From Isosphaeraceae bacterium (GTDB lineage: Bacteria > Planctomycetota > Planctomycetia > Isosphaerales > Isosphaeraceae), in NCBI GenBank assembly GCA_965201075.1, contig CBDAVP010000003.1:124001-188000 (forward strand): a DNA stretch of 64,000 bases. The letters are read 5' to 3'. Positions 10,766 through 21,165 of this stretch are shown here, piece after piece. Made by a program: the position numbers and the translations under genes. Numbering within the stretch: the first letter of the stretch is position 1; every line of letters starts with the position of its first letter. The notes beneath the pieces are model-generated. The model was not told where the DNA came from and did no database searches. It saw only the letters and a program-made list of their open reading frames with translations.

Positions 10766-11443
10766 ATGGTCCGGGGTCTCATGACATCGCGTTGGTGGTT
10801 TTCGGGTTTCCTCGCCTTTGCCGCCATGTGGAACGCTGGCCACGCTCGGGCCGACATGATCCTCGACCAGGATCAAGAAACGGCCGACGGGGGCCTGAGC
10901 GCGCGGACCTTGCCCGGCTATACCGTCTGGCAATCGTTCACCGCCGGAGTGACCGGTACGCTCTCCGAGATCGATATGGGGTTCTACAACACGATCCAGG
11001 GAGACGCGACCCTGCGGCTTTACCAGGGCGCGGGGACCGACGGAACCGTACTCCAGTCGCTGGTCGTGCCGGTAACGAGTACCTCGGGGTCCGGCTTGAA
11101 TTGGGACCAGTGGGCGGTCTCGATCGCTGTGACCGCGGGATCGAGTTACACCTTCGAGATCACCCCCAACGCCGCGACCGTGCCCGACCCCTACGACGTG
11201 GCGGTCGGAGTGTTCGACCCTTACCCGTTCGGCAATCTGGGCCTGAACGACCCTTCGGGCAGTTATCCCACTGACTTCGATGCCGTCTTCCGCACGTTCG
11301 TCACGGCCGACGCGACCGATGGCGGCTCGCCTACGGTCGACAACCCTCCCTCGACCGTGCCGGAGCCTTGGTCTCTCACTCTGCTGGGAGCTGGTCTCCT
11401 TGGCCTTGCGTTCCGTCGTCGACCGAATCCTTCGCGACGGTGA
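10766..11443 (+). CDS. PEP-CTERM sorting-domain protein
   Basis: Signal peptide ending ARA; C-terminal VPEP-WSLTLLGAGLLGLAF-RRR. Confidence 0.9.
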   Translation: MVRGLMTSRWWFSGFLAFAAMWNAGHARADMILDQDQETADGGLSARTLPGYTVWQSFTAGVTGTLSEIDMGFYNTIQGDATLRLYQGAGTDGTVLQSLVVPVTSTSGSGLNWDQWAVSIAVTAGSSYTFEITPNAATVPDPYDVAVGVFDPYPFGNLGLNDPSGSYPTDFDAVFRTFVTADATDGGSPTVDNPPSTVPEPWSLTLLGAGLLGLAFRRRPNPSRR

Positions 11444-11537
11444 GTTCCGCATCGAATTCCCTCGGAAAATGGGTGGTGTCTCAGGATGGCTAATGATGCA
11501 GGACGGGGTCAGCGATCCGTTCCTTGGTACTCCACCC

Positions 11538-11590
11538 ATGAGAATTCAAGCCCGCGTCCCGAGATCGAGGGTCGCGGGGCTGAAACCCAT
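11538..11590. repeat. Imperfect inverted repeat (REP-like)
   Basis: ATGAGAATTCAAGCCCGCG ... CGCGGGGCTGAAACCCAT; related GTAGGCTTTAGCCCTCG at ~11800. Confidence 0.35.
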
Positions 11591-11882
11591 GACATTTGAC
11601 CCCCCTTCACATCAGAACCGTGACGGAACGACCTGATCGACGATCTTTCCATTCGTCCGGGGCTTCCATGTTCTCCCCAGGGCTTTCGCGGTCTTGTGGA
11701 AGCTTTCGTCCTGAACCACGGATGTCGTTCCTCCTCGGGGTAGGGCGCCCGCGCATCCTTTCCAAGGGTCCACCCCCTCCCCGGATTACGGCCAACGCGG
11801 TAGGCTTTAGCCCTCGGTATTCGCGGGATGCGTTGCGGCCCGCGTGCGTCCGCCAGGGCGGGTCGGTTCGACATGGGGTGGG

Positions 11883-13586
11883 ATGGCTCAGAACCTTAAA
11901 TCCGCGATCGCGCGCTCGTTCGCCATCGTCCGTGGCTTTCTCAACTCCGAGGCTCGGGGGAGGGCCTGGCTTTGGTTTGGCCTGCTCCTGACGGTCTTGC
12001 TCTCGATGAGCGGCCTGAATGTCCTCAACAGCTACGTCGGCCGAGACTTTGTCACCGCCATTTCCGAGCGTGATTCGCACCGGTACGTCCTCCTCGCCCT
12101 CAAATACGCCGCAGTCTTCGCCGCCTCGACAGTCGGGACCGTCCTCGCCCGGTTTTCCGAGGAGCGGTTGCGGCTCCTCTGGCGGGAATGGCTAACGGGC
12201 GAACTGATGGATCGTTACCTGGCCGACCGCACCTTTTACCGGCTCAAGGCCCGCGAGGAGATCGATAACCCCGACCAGCGGATCACCGAGGACGTCAAGG
12301 CGTACACGCAGACCACCCTGTCCTTCAGCCTGCTCACCATCAACGCCACGATCACCTCGGTGGCCTTCCTGGGCGTTCTTTGGTCGATCACACCAACCCT
12401 GGTGCTGGTGGCCGTTCTGTACTCGGCCTTCGGCACGTTCGCGACGATTGGTCTGGGTCGCTCGCTAGCCCGGCTGGACCACCAGCAGCTGAAGAAGGAA
12501 GCCGACCTCCGCTACCAACTAATCCGCGTCCGCGAGGCGGCCGAGACCCTCGCGGTCACCGGCGGCGAGCGCGCGGAGCGCACCCGCCTGGGCGACCGCC
12601 TTGCGGCCCTGGTGACCAACAATCGTAAGATCATCGGCGTGACCCGCAACGTCGGCTTTTTCACGAATGCGTACAACTACGGCATCCAGCTTGTCCCTCT
12701 GCTGATCGTCGCCCCCATTTACATGCGTGGCGAGGTCGAATTTGGGGTCGTGACCCAGTCGGCGATGGCCTTTGCCCAGGTTCTGGGAGCCTTTTCGCTG
12801 GTTGTGACCCAGTTCGAGTCGCTCTCCTCCTTCGCCGCGGTCACCGGCCGCCTCGGGGCGATCTTCGACGCGATCGACCACGCCGCCGAGCACGAGGCCG
12901 AATCCGTCTCCATTGCCTCGGCCGACGACCGTGTCGCGTTTGAAGCTTTGCGACTCTGTACGCCCAAGGGAAAGCGCACTCTGGTGGAGGGCCTGACGCT
13001 GACGGTACCCCAGGGGGGCGGACTTCTGATTACGGGCCCGAACGGACCGGCGGCCTCGGCCTTGTTCCTGGCCACCGCGGGCGTCTGGGAATGCGGCGCG
13101 GGGCAGATCCTCCGTCCCTCGGCCGACGGCATCCGCTTCGTCCCTCGCCAGTCTCACGAGGACGCCGGGACCCTCCGTCAGCGACTTGCTCGCGACCTTC
13201 CGGCCGACCGCCCCCCCACGGACCAGGATCTTCAGGACGCCATCGACCGCGCGGGTTTTCGTTCCGCGGCCAATCGCCTGGGCGGCCTCGATACCCCTCA
13301 GGTCTGGACCGACGCTCTCTCCATGGCCGACCAGCATTTGCTCGACCTCGCCGGCCTGCTGCTATCTCGCCCCCGCTTCGTGTTCCTCGAACGGATCAAC
13401 GGCGACCTCGGCCCCGACCAGCTCAACCGCTTCTACCAGGCCCTCAAGGACGCCGACATCACCCCCCTGAGCCTTGGTGAACCCAACGATCTGCTGGTCT
13501 ACCACGAAACGATCCTCGTCCTCCGAGAAAACGGACGCTGGCGCACCGGGCCCACGCGTGACGAGCCCGGGGCCTCGCGAGTCTGA
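11883..13586 (+). CDS. ABCD/SbmA-BacA-type fused ABC half transporter with degenerate nucleotide-binding domain
   Basis: WREWLT, IDNPDQRITEDV, EADLRY.L.RVRE.AE, GEVEFG.VTQ..AF TMD motifs; NBD motifs altered (see findings). Confidence 0.85.
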   Translation: MAQNLKSAIARSFAIVRGFLNSEARGRAWLWFGLLLTVLLSMSGLNVLNSYVGRDFVTAISERDSHRYVLLALKYAAVFAASTVGTVLARFSEERLRLLWREWLTGELMDRYLADRTFYRLKAREEIDNPDQRITEDVKAYTQTTLSFSLLTINATITSVAFLGVLWSITPTLVLVAVLYSAFGTFATIGLGRSLARLDHQQLKKEADLRYQLIRVREAAETLAVTGGERAERTRLGDRLAALVTNNRKIIGVTRNVGFFTNAYNYGIQLVPLLIVAPIYMRGEVEFGVVTQSAMAFAQVLGAFSLVVTQFESLSSFAAVTGRLGAIFDAIDHAAEHEAESVSIASADDRVAFEALRLCTPKGKRTLVEGLTLTVPQGGGLLITGPNGPAASALFLATAGVWECGAGQILRPSADGIRFVPRQSHEDAGTLRQRLARDLPADRPPTDQDLQDAIDRAGFRSAANRLGGLDTPQVWTDALSMADQHLLDLAGLLLSRPRFVFLERINGDLGPDQLNRFYQALKDADITPLSLGEPNDLLVYHETILVLRENGRWRTGPTRDEPGASRV

Positions 13587-13691
13587 TCCTTCCAGGACAT
13601 TTCCCTTCGCCCCCTCCACGGCTAGGCTGGGAATCTTCCCCCGCGCGAGCTGGCAAATCCTCCGCGGGACGTCTCACCCGTGGAGCCACCC

Positions 13692-16307
13692 ATGCGTTCG
13701 CATCCCCTCCCCAAAGGGCTCAGACCCGCGTCGCCCCTGGTCCTCCTGTTGTTGACATTGGCGGTCCCCGCATTCGCCGAGGAACCCGCGAAGGCGTTTC
13801 GTCCTCCCTCCGTTCCACTGGTCGCATGCGACCCGTATTTCTCCGTCTGGTCCAATGCCGATCACCTTAATGACGACGTCACTCGGCACTGGACCGGTAA
13901 GCCCCAACCGCTTTCGAGTCTGATCCGCATCGACGGAACCACCTTCCGCTTGATGGGGGATGAGCCCAAAACCCTTCCCCCGTTGCCTCAAACCGCGCTG
14001 CAAGTCCTGCCGACCCGCACCCTCTACCAGTTTGAAGGGTCGGGCGTCCGCGTCAGCCTGACCTTCATGACTCCGTCGCTGCCCGACGACCTTGACGTGT
14101 TCGCCCGTCCCCTGACCTACCTGACCTGGGACGTTTCGACCACGGACAACCAGCCCCACGCCGCCCAACTGATGGTCTCGGTGGGCGCGGCACTGGCCGT
14201 GAACACTCCCGACCAGCCGGTGACGTGGGCCCGCGAATCCGTCGGACCCCTGACCGTCCTCCGGGTCGGCTCGCAGGATCAGGAAGTGCTACGCAAGAAA
14301 GGGGACGACCTGCGCATCGACTGGGGCCACGCCTACCTGGCCGCCGACGGCTCGCAGGCCCTCGGATCGGCGGGCGACGCCTCGGCGCTGAGCGCCGCCT
14401 TCGCGACCGACGGCAAATTGCCCAGCACTGACGACCCCCGCCAGCCTCGACCGGCCAATGACGCGTCGCCCTCGCTGGCGATGGCCTACGACCTCGGCAA
14501 CGTCTCGGCCCAGGCAATTCGTCGTCAAGCCATGCTGGCCTACGATGATGGGTTCTCGATCACCTACTTTCGCAAGGCCCTGAAACCCTACTGGAGGCGA
14601 AAGGGGGCCGACGCCGCCGGGCTCCTGGCCACCGCCCATGCCGAGGCCGACGCCCTCCGCGACCGTTGCGTCGCCTTCGATCGCGAGTTGATGGACGACC
14701 TCGCCCGAGCCGGCGGCGAGAAGTACGCCCAACTGGCCGCCCTGGCCTACCGACAGGCGTTCGCCGCCAACAAGCTCGTCGCCGACGGCAATGGCCAGCC
14801 TTTGATGTTCGCCAAGGAAAACTTCAGCAACGGCTGCATCGCCACCGTCGACGTCTTCTACCCGATGGGTCCGCTGCTGCTGCTCACGAGCCCCGCACTG
14901 ACTCGCGCGACCTTGCAGCCGATCCTGGCCTATTCCGCCTCGGAGCGCTGGGCGTTCCCCTTCGCCCCTCATGACCTCGGCACCTATCCCCAGGCCAACG
15001 GGCAGGTCTACGGCGGCGGCGAGCGGACCGAGGCCGACCAGATGCCGGTCGAGGAGACCGGCAACATGCTTTTGCTGCTGGCCGCCCTGGCGAAGGTTGA
15101 AGGCAACGCCGAGTTCGTCACGCCCTACTGGTCGCAACTCCGCCGCTGGGCCACCTACCTGGAGACCAAGGGGTTCGACCCCGAAAACCAGCTCTGCACC
15201 GACGACTTTTCCGGCCACCTGGCTCACAACGTCAACCTCTCGGCCAAGGCGATCCTGGCCCTCGCCGCGTTCGGCCAGCTTTGCGAGGCCCGTGGCGAGG
15301 CCGTTGACGGAGCCCGCTATCGTGACGTCGCCCGAGCGATGGCCGTCCGCTGGGCCAAGGAGGCCGACGATGGCGACCACTATCGACTCGCCTTCGACCG
15401 GCCCGGAACCTGGAGCCAGAAATACAACCTCGTCTGGGACCGGCTCCTGGGCCTGGGGATCTTTCCGCCCGAGGTGATCGCCAAGGAACTCGCCTCCTAC
15501 CCTCCGAGAATGGACCCCTTCGGCCTGCCTCTCGACAACCGAAAGCCCTATGCCAAGCTCGACTGGACGGTCTGGACCGCGACGATGGTCGCCGACCGCG
15601 CCGGTTTCGAGACACTGGTCAACCCGATTCACAAGTACCTCGACCAGACCTCCACGCGCGTCCAGATGGCCGACTGGTATTTCACACAAGACGCTCGCCA
15701 GGCCGGCTTCCAGGCTCGCTCGGTGGTGGGTGGAGTATTCATCAAGCTGCTGGGCGACGAGGCCACCTGGAAGAAGTACGCCAGCCGAGGCCAGGATCAC
15801 CCCAAGGGATGGGCCCCCATCCCCTCCCCCCCGCTTATCCGCGAAGTAATCGCCACCGCCCGAAACCACGAGGCGTCCTGGCGATTCACCACGCATCAAC
15901 CAGCCGCGGAGTGGGCGACCCCCACCTTCGCCGCCGCCGACTGGTCCGACGCCCCTGGAGGCTTCGGAAGCGCCGGCACTCCTGGCACCTCGGGTGCTCT
16001 TCGCACGGAGTGGAACACGTCCGACATCTGGCTGAGACGCCAGTTTCAGGCCCCTCCCGTCGTCGGGGACGCACAACTCCAACTTCTCGTCCATCACGAC
16101 GAGGACGCCGAGGTCTACCTTAACGGCGTCCTCGCCGCCAAGCTTTCGAGCTACACCGGCGACTACGAGGCCGTGCCGATTCGCCCCGAAGCCCGGGTCG
16201 CCCTCAAGCCGGGCGCTGAGAACATTCTGGCCGTCCATTGTCACCAGAGCACCGGCGGCCAGTTCATCGACGTCGGCCTCGCCACCGTGCAAGAGCGTTC
16301 GCGTTGA
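13692..16307 (+). CDS. Secreted GtaA/DUF5127-DUF4965-DUF1793 family protein (glutaminase-annotated, glycoside-hydrolase-like) with C-terminal jelly-roll domain
   Basis: Signal peptide AFA; RPPSVPLVACDPYFSVWS, KENFSNGCIATVDVFYP, HDLGTYP, MPVEETGNM, QLCTDDF, WSQKYNLVWD; C-terminal HHDEDAEVYLNG..HCHQSTGGQFIDVG. Confidence 0.85.
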   Translation: MRSHPLPKGLRPASPLVLLLLTLAVPAFAEEPAKAFRPPSVPLVACDPYFSVWSNADHLNDDVTRHWTGKPQPLSSLIRIDGTTFRLMGDEPKTLPPLPQTALQVLPTRTLYQFEGSGVRVSLTFMTPSLPDDLDVFARPLTYLTWDVSTTDNQPHAAQLMVSVGAALAVNTPDQPVTWARESVGPLTVLRVGSQDQEVLRKKGDDLRIDWGHAYLAADGSQALGSAGDASALSAAFATDGKLPSTDDPRQPRPANDASPSLAMAYDLGNVSAQAIRRQAMLAYDDGFSITYFRKALKPYWRRKGADAAGLLATAHAEADALRDRCVAFDRELMDDLARAGGEKYAQLAALAYRQAFAANKLVADGNGQPLMFAKENFSNGCIATVDVFYPMGPLLLLTSPALTRATLQPILAYSASERWAFPFAPHDLGTYPQANGQVYGGGERTEADQMPVEETGNMLLLLAALAKVEGNAEFVTPYWSQLRRWATYLETKGFDPENQLCTDDFSGHLAHNVNLSAKAILALAAFGQLCEARGEAVDGARYRDVARAMAVRWAKEADDGDHYRLAFDRPGTWSQKYNLVWDRLLGLGIFPPEVIAKELASYPPRMDPFGLPLDNRKPYAKLDWTVWTATMVADRAGFETLVNPIHKYLDQTSTRVQMADWYFTQDARQAGFQARSVVGGVFIKLLGDEATWKKYASRGQDHPKGWAPIPSPPLIREVIATARNHEASWRFTTHQPAAEWATPTFAAADWSDAPGGFGSAGTPGTSGALRTEWNTSDIWLRRQFQAPPVVGDAQLQLLVHHDEDAEVYLNGVLAAKLSSYTGDYEAVPIRPEARVALKPGAENILAVHCHQSTGGQFIDVGLATVQERSR

Positions 16308-16332
16308 GCCCCTCGCCCGGCCCGACCCCCAG

Positions 16333-18999
16333 TCAGGTCGCCTGTTCGTCGGGCCGGGCGGTCTCCTGAAGTAACTCGGCCACCAATGCGGTCCATCCCG
16401 TCTGGTGGCTTGCCCCCAACCCGCAACCCAGGTCGCCGTGAAAGTACTCGTAAAACGGAATGTGATCGTTCCAGTGCTCGTCTCGCTGGAACAGGTCCGT
16501 CTTGCCGAACACTGGCCGTCGACCGTCGGCCGGGTTGCGCAAAAAGATCGAGGCCAACCGGTTGGAAAGGTCGTCGGCGATCGTGGCAAGGTCGCCGACG
16601 GTTCCGGACCCCTTGGGATGCTCCACGGTCAGGGTCGACCCATAATAAAGGTGGGCCTCCCGAAGCGACTGAATCATCAGGTAATTGACCGGGAACCAGA
16701 TCGGCCCTCGCCAGTTTGAGTTACCCCCGTACATCGGCACGGCCGACTCGGCCGGCTCATAGCGCACCGACTGTCCGTCGCACTCATACGGGTGCTCGGC
16801 GTGCTCCCGAGACAGCGACCGTAGGCCATAATCCGAAAGGAACTGGTTGGGGTCGAGCATCCTGGTCAGGACTGCCTCGTACTTCGAGCGATCGGCGATC
16901 GACAGCAGCCGATACCCGCCTGGTCCCGGCGTGGTGAGCAGGCAGGCGTTGTCGGCCAGCGTTGGGCGATACTTCAAATACCACTCCACGCGGCGGCGGA
17001 AGTCGGGCAGCCGTTCCCACGTCTCCTCGGAGATGGCGAGGTTGGCGAACAGGGGGACCAGCCCCACGAACGACCGGAGTCGCAGGACCTGGGGGTGCCC
17101 GTCTCCCCGGCGAATGATGTCGTAATAGAACTGATCCTGACGATCCCACAGGCCAATCCGGTCCCCCAGGCCGTTGATCGAGTGGGAAATCGCCACGAAA
17201 TGCTCGAAGAACTTTGTGGCGGTCGACTCGTAAGCCGGACGGGTCTTGGCCAGTTCGAGCGCGATCGCCAGCATGTCCAGGCAAAACAGCCCCATCCACG
17301 CGGTGCCGTCGGCCTGCTCGATCCACGCCCCCTCGGGCAGCCCTTCCGGCTTGCTCCGGTCGAAGACGCCGATGTTGTCCATCCCCAGAAATCCGCCCTG
17401 GAAGGCGTTGCGGCCGGTGGAATCCTTCCGGTTGACCCACCAGGTGAAGTTCAGCAGAAGCTTGTGGAACACTTCCTCAAGGAAGTCGACATCGGCCCGG
17501 CCGTTGCGGTCGCGGTCAATCTCGTAAATGCGTCGGGCCGCGTGGGCGTGGACCGGCGGGTTGACGTCCGAGAAGTCCCACTCATAGGCGGGCAACTGGC
17601 CGTTGGGATGCATGTACCACTCGCGAAGCAGCAGAATCATCTGCCGCTTGGCCCACTCCGGGTCGAGTCGGGACAGCGGGATGCCGTGAAAGGCCGAATC
17701 CCAGGCGGCGAACCAGGGATACTCCCACTTGTCGGGAACACTCAGCACATCCAGGCAATACATATGGCCCCACTCGGCATTGCGTCCATTCGCCCGTGGC
17801 GACGGCGGAGGAGGTCCGGCCGGGTCGCCTTCCAGCCAGAGTTCCACGCTGTAGTGGTAAAACTGCTTGTTCCACAGGAGACCCGCCCACGCCTGTCGCT
17901 GAACGCGCTTCTGATCTTCGTCGAGTTCGGGAGGGTGAAGGGCCTGGTAGAATTCGTCCGCTTCGGCCAGGCGGTCCCGCAGAATCGCGTCGAAGGCCGC
18001 TCGCGGCAGAGATTCCGAGCGGGTCGAAATCCGGACACGGATCTCCCAAGATTCCCCGGGCTCCAGCCTCTTGCGAAACCGCGCCGCGGCCTTGGTCCCG
18101 ACCTGGGATGGGTTGACGCAAGCGTCCCGGCCGTGAATGACCGCCTCATGGAACGCGTCCTTGACATGGGGGCCAGCGTTGGGAACGCCGAACAAACGTT
18201 CGTTGTTGGTGTCGTTCTCGGTGAACAAAAGCCGAGGCGCGTCCGATCCATCCGCCTCGGCGAACCACCAGCGCTCCCCCAGCCTTGAATCGGTCGCGTG
18301 GATCACTCCCTCCCCCGCGACCGAGAGCTCGGGGCGCTGGGTCGGATTTCCCCACGACCAGCGATTACGGAACCAGACGTGCGGCAGAACGTGCAACTCG
18401 GCCGGGTCGGGGCCCCGGTTCGTCGCCGTGATCCGGCAGAGGATCTCGTCGGGCGCCTCCTTGGCATACTCCACCAGCACGTCGAAGTAGCGACCCTCTT
18501 TCCAGTCGTCCTCCAGGGCGTCGACCAGCTCGAACTCGCGATCGGTCGAGCCCCGCCGCCGACCTTCCTCCACCAATCGCTCATACGGGTACTCGGCCTG
18601 GGGATACTTGTAGAGCATCCGCATGTACGAGTGCGTCGGGGTGGCATCAAGGTAGAAGTAATACTCCTTGACATCCTCGCCGTGGTTCCCTTCCGGCCCC
18701 GACAGGCCGAACAGGCGTTCCTTCAGGATGGGGTCGCGACCGTTCCACAGGGCCATCGCCAGGCAAAGGTTCTGGTGGCGGTTACAAAACCCCGCCAGGC
18801 CGTCCTCGTTCCACCGGTAAGCGCGACTCCGGGCCTGGTCGTGAGGAAAGCTTTCCCAGGCATCCCCCTCGACGCTGTAATCCTCGCGGACCGAGCCCCA
18901 CGACCGCTCACTGACGTAAGGCCCCCAGTCCTTCCAATTCGCGTTCCGCGAACGACTCTCTTCCAGGCGTCGATGCTCGGCGGTCTCGGCTTGCGGCAT
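16333..18999 (-). CDS. MGH1-like / GH63-type glycoside hydrolase
   Basis: WGPYVSERSWGSVREDYS, GNHGEDVKEYY, PDKWEYPWFAAWD, GGFLGMDNIG, NSNWRGPIWFP, EYFHGD.G.GLGASHQTGWT. Confidence 0.9.
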   Translation of the reverse strand: MPQAETAEHRRLEESRSRNANWKDWGPYVSERSWGSVREDYSVEGDAWESFPHDQARSRAYRWNEDGLAGFCNRHQNLCLAMALWNGRDPILKERLFGLSGPEGNHGEDVKEYYFYLDATPTHSYMRMLYKYPQAEYPYERLVEEGRRRGSTDREFELVDALEDDWKEGRYFDVLVEYAKEAPDEILCRITATNRGPDPAELHVLPHVWFRNRWSWGNPTQRPELSVAGEGVIHATDSRLGERWWFAEADGSDAPRLLFTENDTNNERLFGVPNAGPHVKDAFHEAVIHGRDACVNPSQVGTKAAARFRKRLEPGESWEIRVRISTRSESLPRAAFDAILRDRLAEADEFYQALHPPELDEDQKRVQRQAWAGLLWNKQFYHYSVELWLEGDPAGPPPPSPRANGRNAEWGHMYCLDVLSVPDKWEYPWFAAWDSAFHGIPLSRLDPEWAKRQMILLLREWYMHPNGQLPAYEWDFSDVNPPVHAHAARRIYEIDRDRNGRADVDFLEEVFHKLLLNFTWWVNRKDSTGRNAFQGGFLGMDNIGVFDRSKPEGLPEGAWIEQADGTAWMGLFCLDMLAIALELAKTRPAYESTATKFFEHFVAISHSINGLGDRIGLWDRQDQFYYDIIRRGDGHPQVLRLRSFVGLVPLFANLAISEETWERLPDFRRRVEWYLKYRPTLADNACLLTTPGPGGYRLLSIADRSKYEAVLTRMLDPNQFLSDYGLRSLSREHAEHPYECDGQSVRYEPAESAVPMYGGNSNWRGPIWFPVNYLMIQSLREAHLYYGSTLTVEHPKGSGTVGDLATIADDLSNRLASIFLRNPADGRRPVFGKTDLFQRDEHWNDHIPFYEYFHGDLGCGLGASHQTGWTALVAELLQETARPDEQAT

Positions 19000-19100
19000 G
19001 GTCGCTTTCCAAAAAGGCGTCGTCCGTCGCTCTCGGGACAGGGTCGTCCGGGTGCATCTTGGGCCGGGGCATCGCACTCCGAACGGCCCGTCGGATCGAG

Positions 19101-20801
19101 TTAGGTGGACGGCCCCGCGTCCAGAAGGCGGTCGAGGTAGGCGACGAGTTTGTCACCAACCGGCGGCAAGGCCCGATAGCCCACATACCCGTCGGGTCGG
19201 ACCAGGTAGAGACAGGGCGAACCACCCCCATAACGCCTCGACGCCGACCCTTCGGCATCGGGCCACGAAGCGCTGGCCCAGGGGGGTTTGGGTTGATTCG
19301 AAACCCAAACCGTCCGCACATCCTTCGGCCGCTCGCGAGCCGCCCGCTCCCCCGCGGTTCTCAGCGACTCGGCGTCGGCCTCGGGATGAGTGCCGGGGAA
19401 GAGCAAGAGGGTGTGATCCGTCGGCGAAAAGGTATCGATGAGTCGGGGGTCTCCCTCGTTGGCGCCAGGCACATCGGGAGCCCGGTCGCCGGGATGCGGA
19501 CCGGTGGCGAAGTCCAGCGCATCCACGAACCCCGGCTCTCCGGGTTGGCGAGAGTGGGGGAACGCCGCGTGAAGAACCCCCGCGCGGTCCTCGGCGACGA
19601 TGGGGCTCCCCCGGTAGCCCACCGCGAGTTCCGACGCACCCAGCGAGAACCGCCGCCGAACGAAGTCGAATTCCGAAAGCAGCCGCATCAGGCCGTCTCG
19701 CACCGTCCGCAACACCTCTCCGCGGAGGGTCACGGCCCTCGTGGCCAGGTCCGAACCCCGCAACACCCCTTCAGCCACGGGCCGACGCTCCGCTCCATAC
19801 GAATCCAGCAAGGATTCCCTGGCGCGGCCCTGGCACACCAGAGCGAGTTTCCACGCCAGGTTCGTGGCGTCCTGGATGCCCGTGTTCATCCCCTGGCCAC
19901 CGGCGGGGCTGTGAATGTGCGCCGCGTCCCCAGCCACGAAGCAGCGTCCTTCTCGATAGCGGTCGACCACCCGCCGATGAATGTGAAACGTCGAGGTCCA
20001 CAACGGGTCATCCACCGTGGCGTCGGGCTGGCCGTGGGCCCTCACCAGATCTCGAAAATGGGCGACGATCTGAACGGGGTCGTCGGAATCGATCAGGCCT
20101 GAGCCCTCGATCAGCCTCCAGCGATTTCCCGGCAAGGGGAACGCCAGCAAGGGACCCCCCGGGGTGAGTAACGCGAGGGCTTCATCCCTCGGCATCGACC
20201 AGCCCACGTGGAGGTCGGCCAGCACGAACCGTTCCTCGTATTCACTTCCCTCGAAGGCCAGATTCAGCCCCTTCCGCACGGCGCTACGAGCCCCATCGCA
20301 GCCGATCAGCCAGCGGGCCCGCGCCTCCCGTCGCGTGCCGTCGTGCGCGGAAAGGGTCGCCGTCACGCCCGACCCGTCCTGGGCGAAACGTTCCAGCTTC
20401 GTTCCCCGCTCCACCGAGCCACCGAGTTCCACCAGCCGGTCGGCCAGCAGGCGTTCGGTGTACCCCTGCGGCAAGATCAGGATGTAGGGATAGGGGGTGT
20501 CCATCTCGTCCAGGTCCAGCCCCAGGTGCAGGACCCGCCGGCCATCGCTATATGCATTGAAGCCATGAACCTTGTGACCCTCGGCCAGGGCGCGGTCGGC
20601 CACGCCCAGTCCCCGGAACTGTTCCAGGGTCCGCGCCTGGACGGCCAAGGCGCGCGACTCGGTCAAAGGTGTGGGCTCGGGGCGCTCCTCCACCACCCGG
20701 CAGTCCACCCCTCTGAGGCGCAATTCACAGGCCATCGCCAGGCCGACCGGCCCCGCGCCGACGACCAGAACCTCAACTTCGTCGCGGCTGGATTCGGGCA
20801 T
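19101..20801 (-). CDS. FAD-dependent monooxygenase (group A, aromatic hydroxylase-like)
   Basis: GAGPVG, GCDGARS, GDAAHIHSPAGGQGMNTG; C-terminal LVRPDGYV domain. Confidence 0.92.
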   Translation of the reverse strand: MPESSRDEVEVLVVGAGPVGLAMACELRLRGVDCRVVEERPEPTPLTESRALAVQARTLEQFRGLGVADRALAEGHKVHGFNAYSDGRRVLHLGLDLDEMDTPYPYILILPQGYTERLLADRLVELGGSVERGTKLERFAQDGSGVTATLSAHDGTRREARARWLIGCDGARSAVRKGLNLAFEGSEYEERFVLADLHVGWSMPRDEALALLTPGGPLLAFPLPGNRWRLIEGSGLIDSDDPVQIVAHFRDLVRAHGQPDATVDDPLWTSTFHIHRRVVDRYREGRCFVAGDAAHIHSPAGGQGMNTGIQDATNLAWKLALVCQGRARESLLDSYGAERRPVAEGVLRGSDLATRAVTLRGEVLRTVRDGLMRLLSEFDFVRRRFSLGASELAVGYRGSPIVAEDRAGVLHAAFPHSRQPGEPGFVDALDFATGPHPGDRAPDVPGANEGDPRLIDTFSPTDHTLLLFPGTHPEADAESLRTAGERAARERPKDVRTVWVSNQPKPPWASASWPDAEGSASRRYGGGSPCLYLVRPDGYVGYRALPPVGDKLVAYLDRLLDAGPST

Positions 20802-21021
20802 CTCCCGGGCTCCGTCAATGGAGGATCTGGGTTCGGTCGCACCAACGAACCCGAGCATAGGCGGCGCCCCTCGGGTTGTCCATCGACCGCAACGACAGCG
20901 TTGGGACCAGGTCCCAGACCTGACGAATGGATTCGGGGCTATCCATTTTGCCCGACCGGTTGAGTCGAAGAGGCTCGCGCCGAACCGATAGCAAGGTCAG
21001 GGGTTCGGCTGGATCGGACGG

Positions 21022-21050
21022 TTGACAGGGCGCGACCCATGTTCTAGATT
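21022..21050 (+). promoter_or_regulatory. sigma70-type promoter for tex
   Basis: TTGACA-N17-TAGATT. Confidence 0.65.
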
Positions 21051-21165
21051 GTTCGATCTGATCCCCCGGATTGGGTCGGCCCGCGCGCCGATCATCCGCC
21101 ACCGGCGATGAGGTTCCGCCTCGCCGAGTGGCCTCGCCGTCCCCCTTGTCAGGTGGAAACCTCTC

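Noticed and set aside
10360..10766. sigma54 promoter for the PEP-CTERM gene
   Set aside because: TGGC occurrences lack a correctly spaced TTGC
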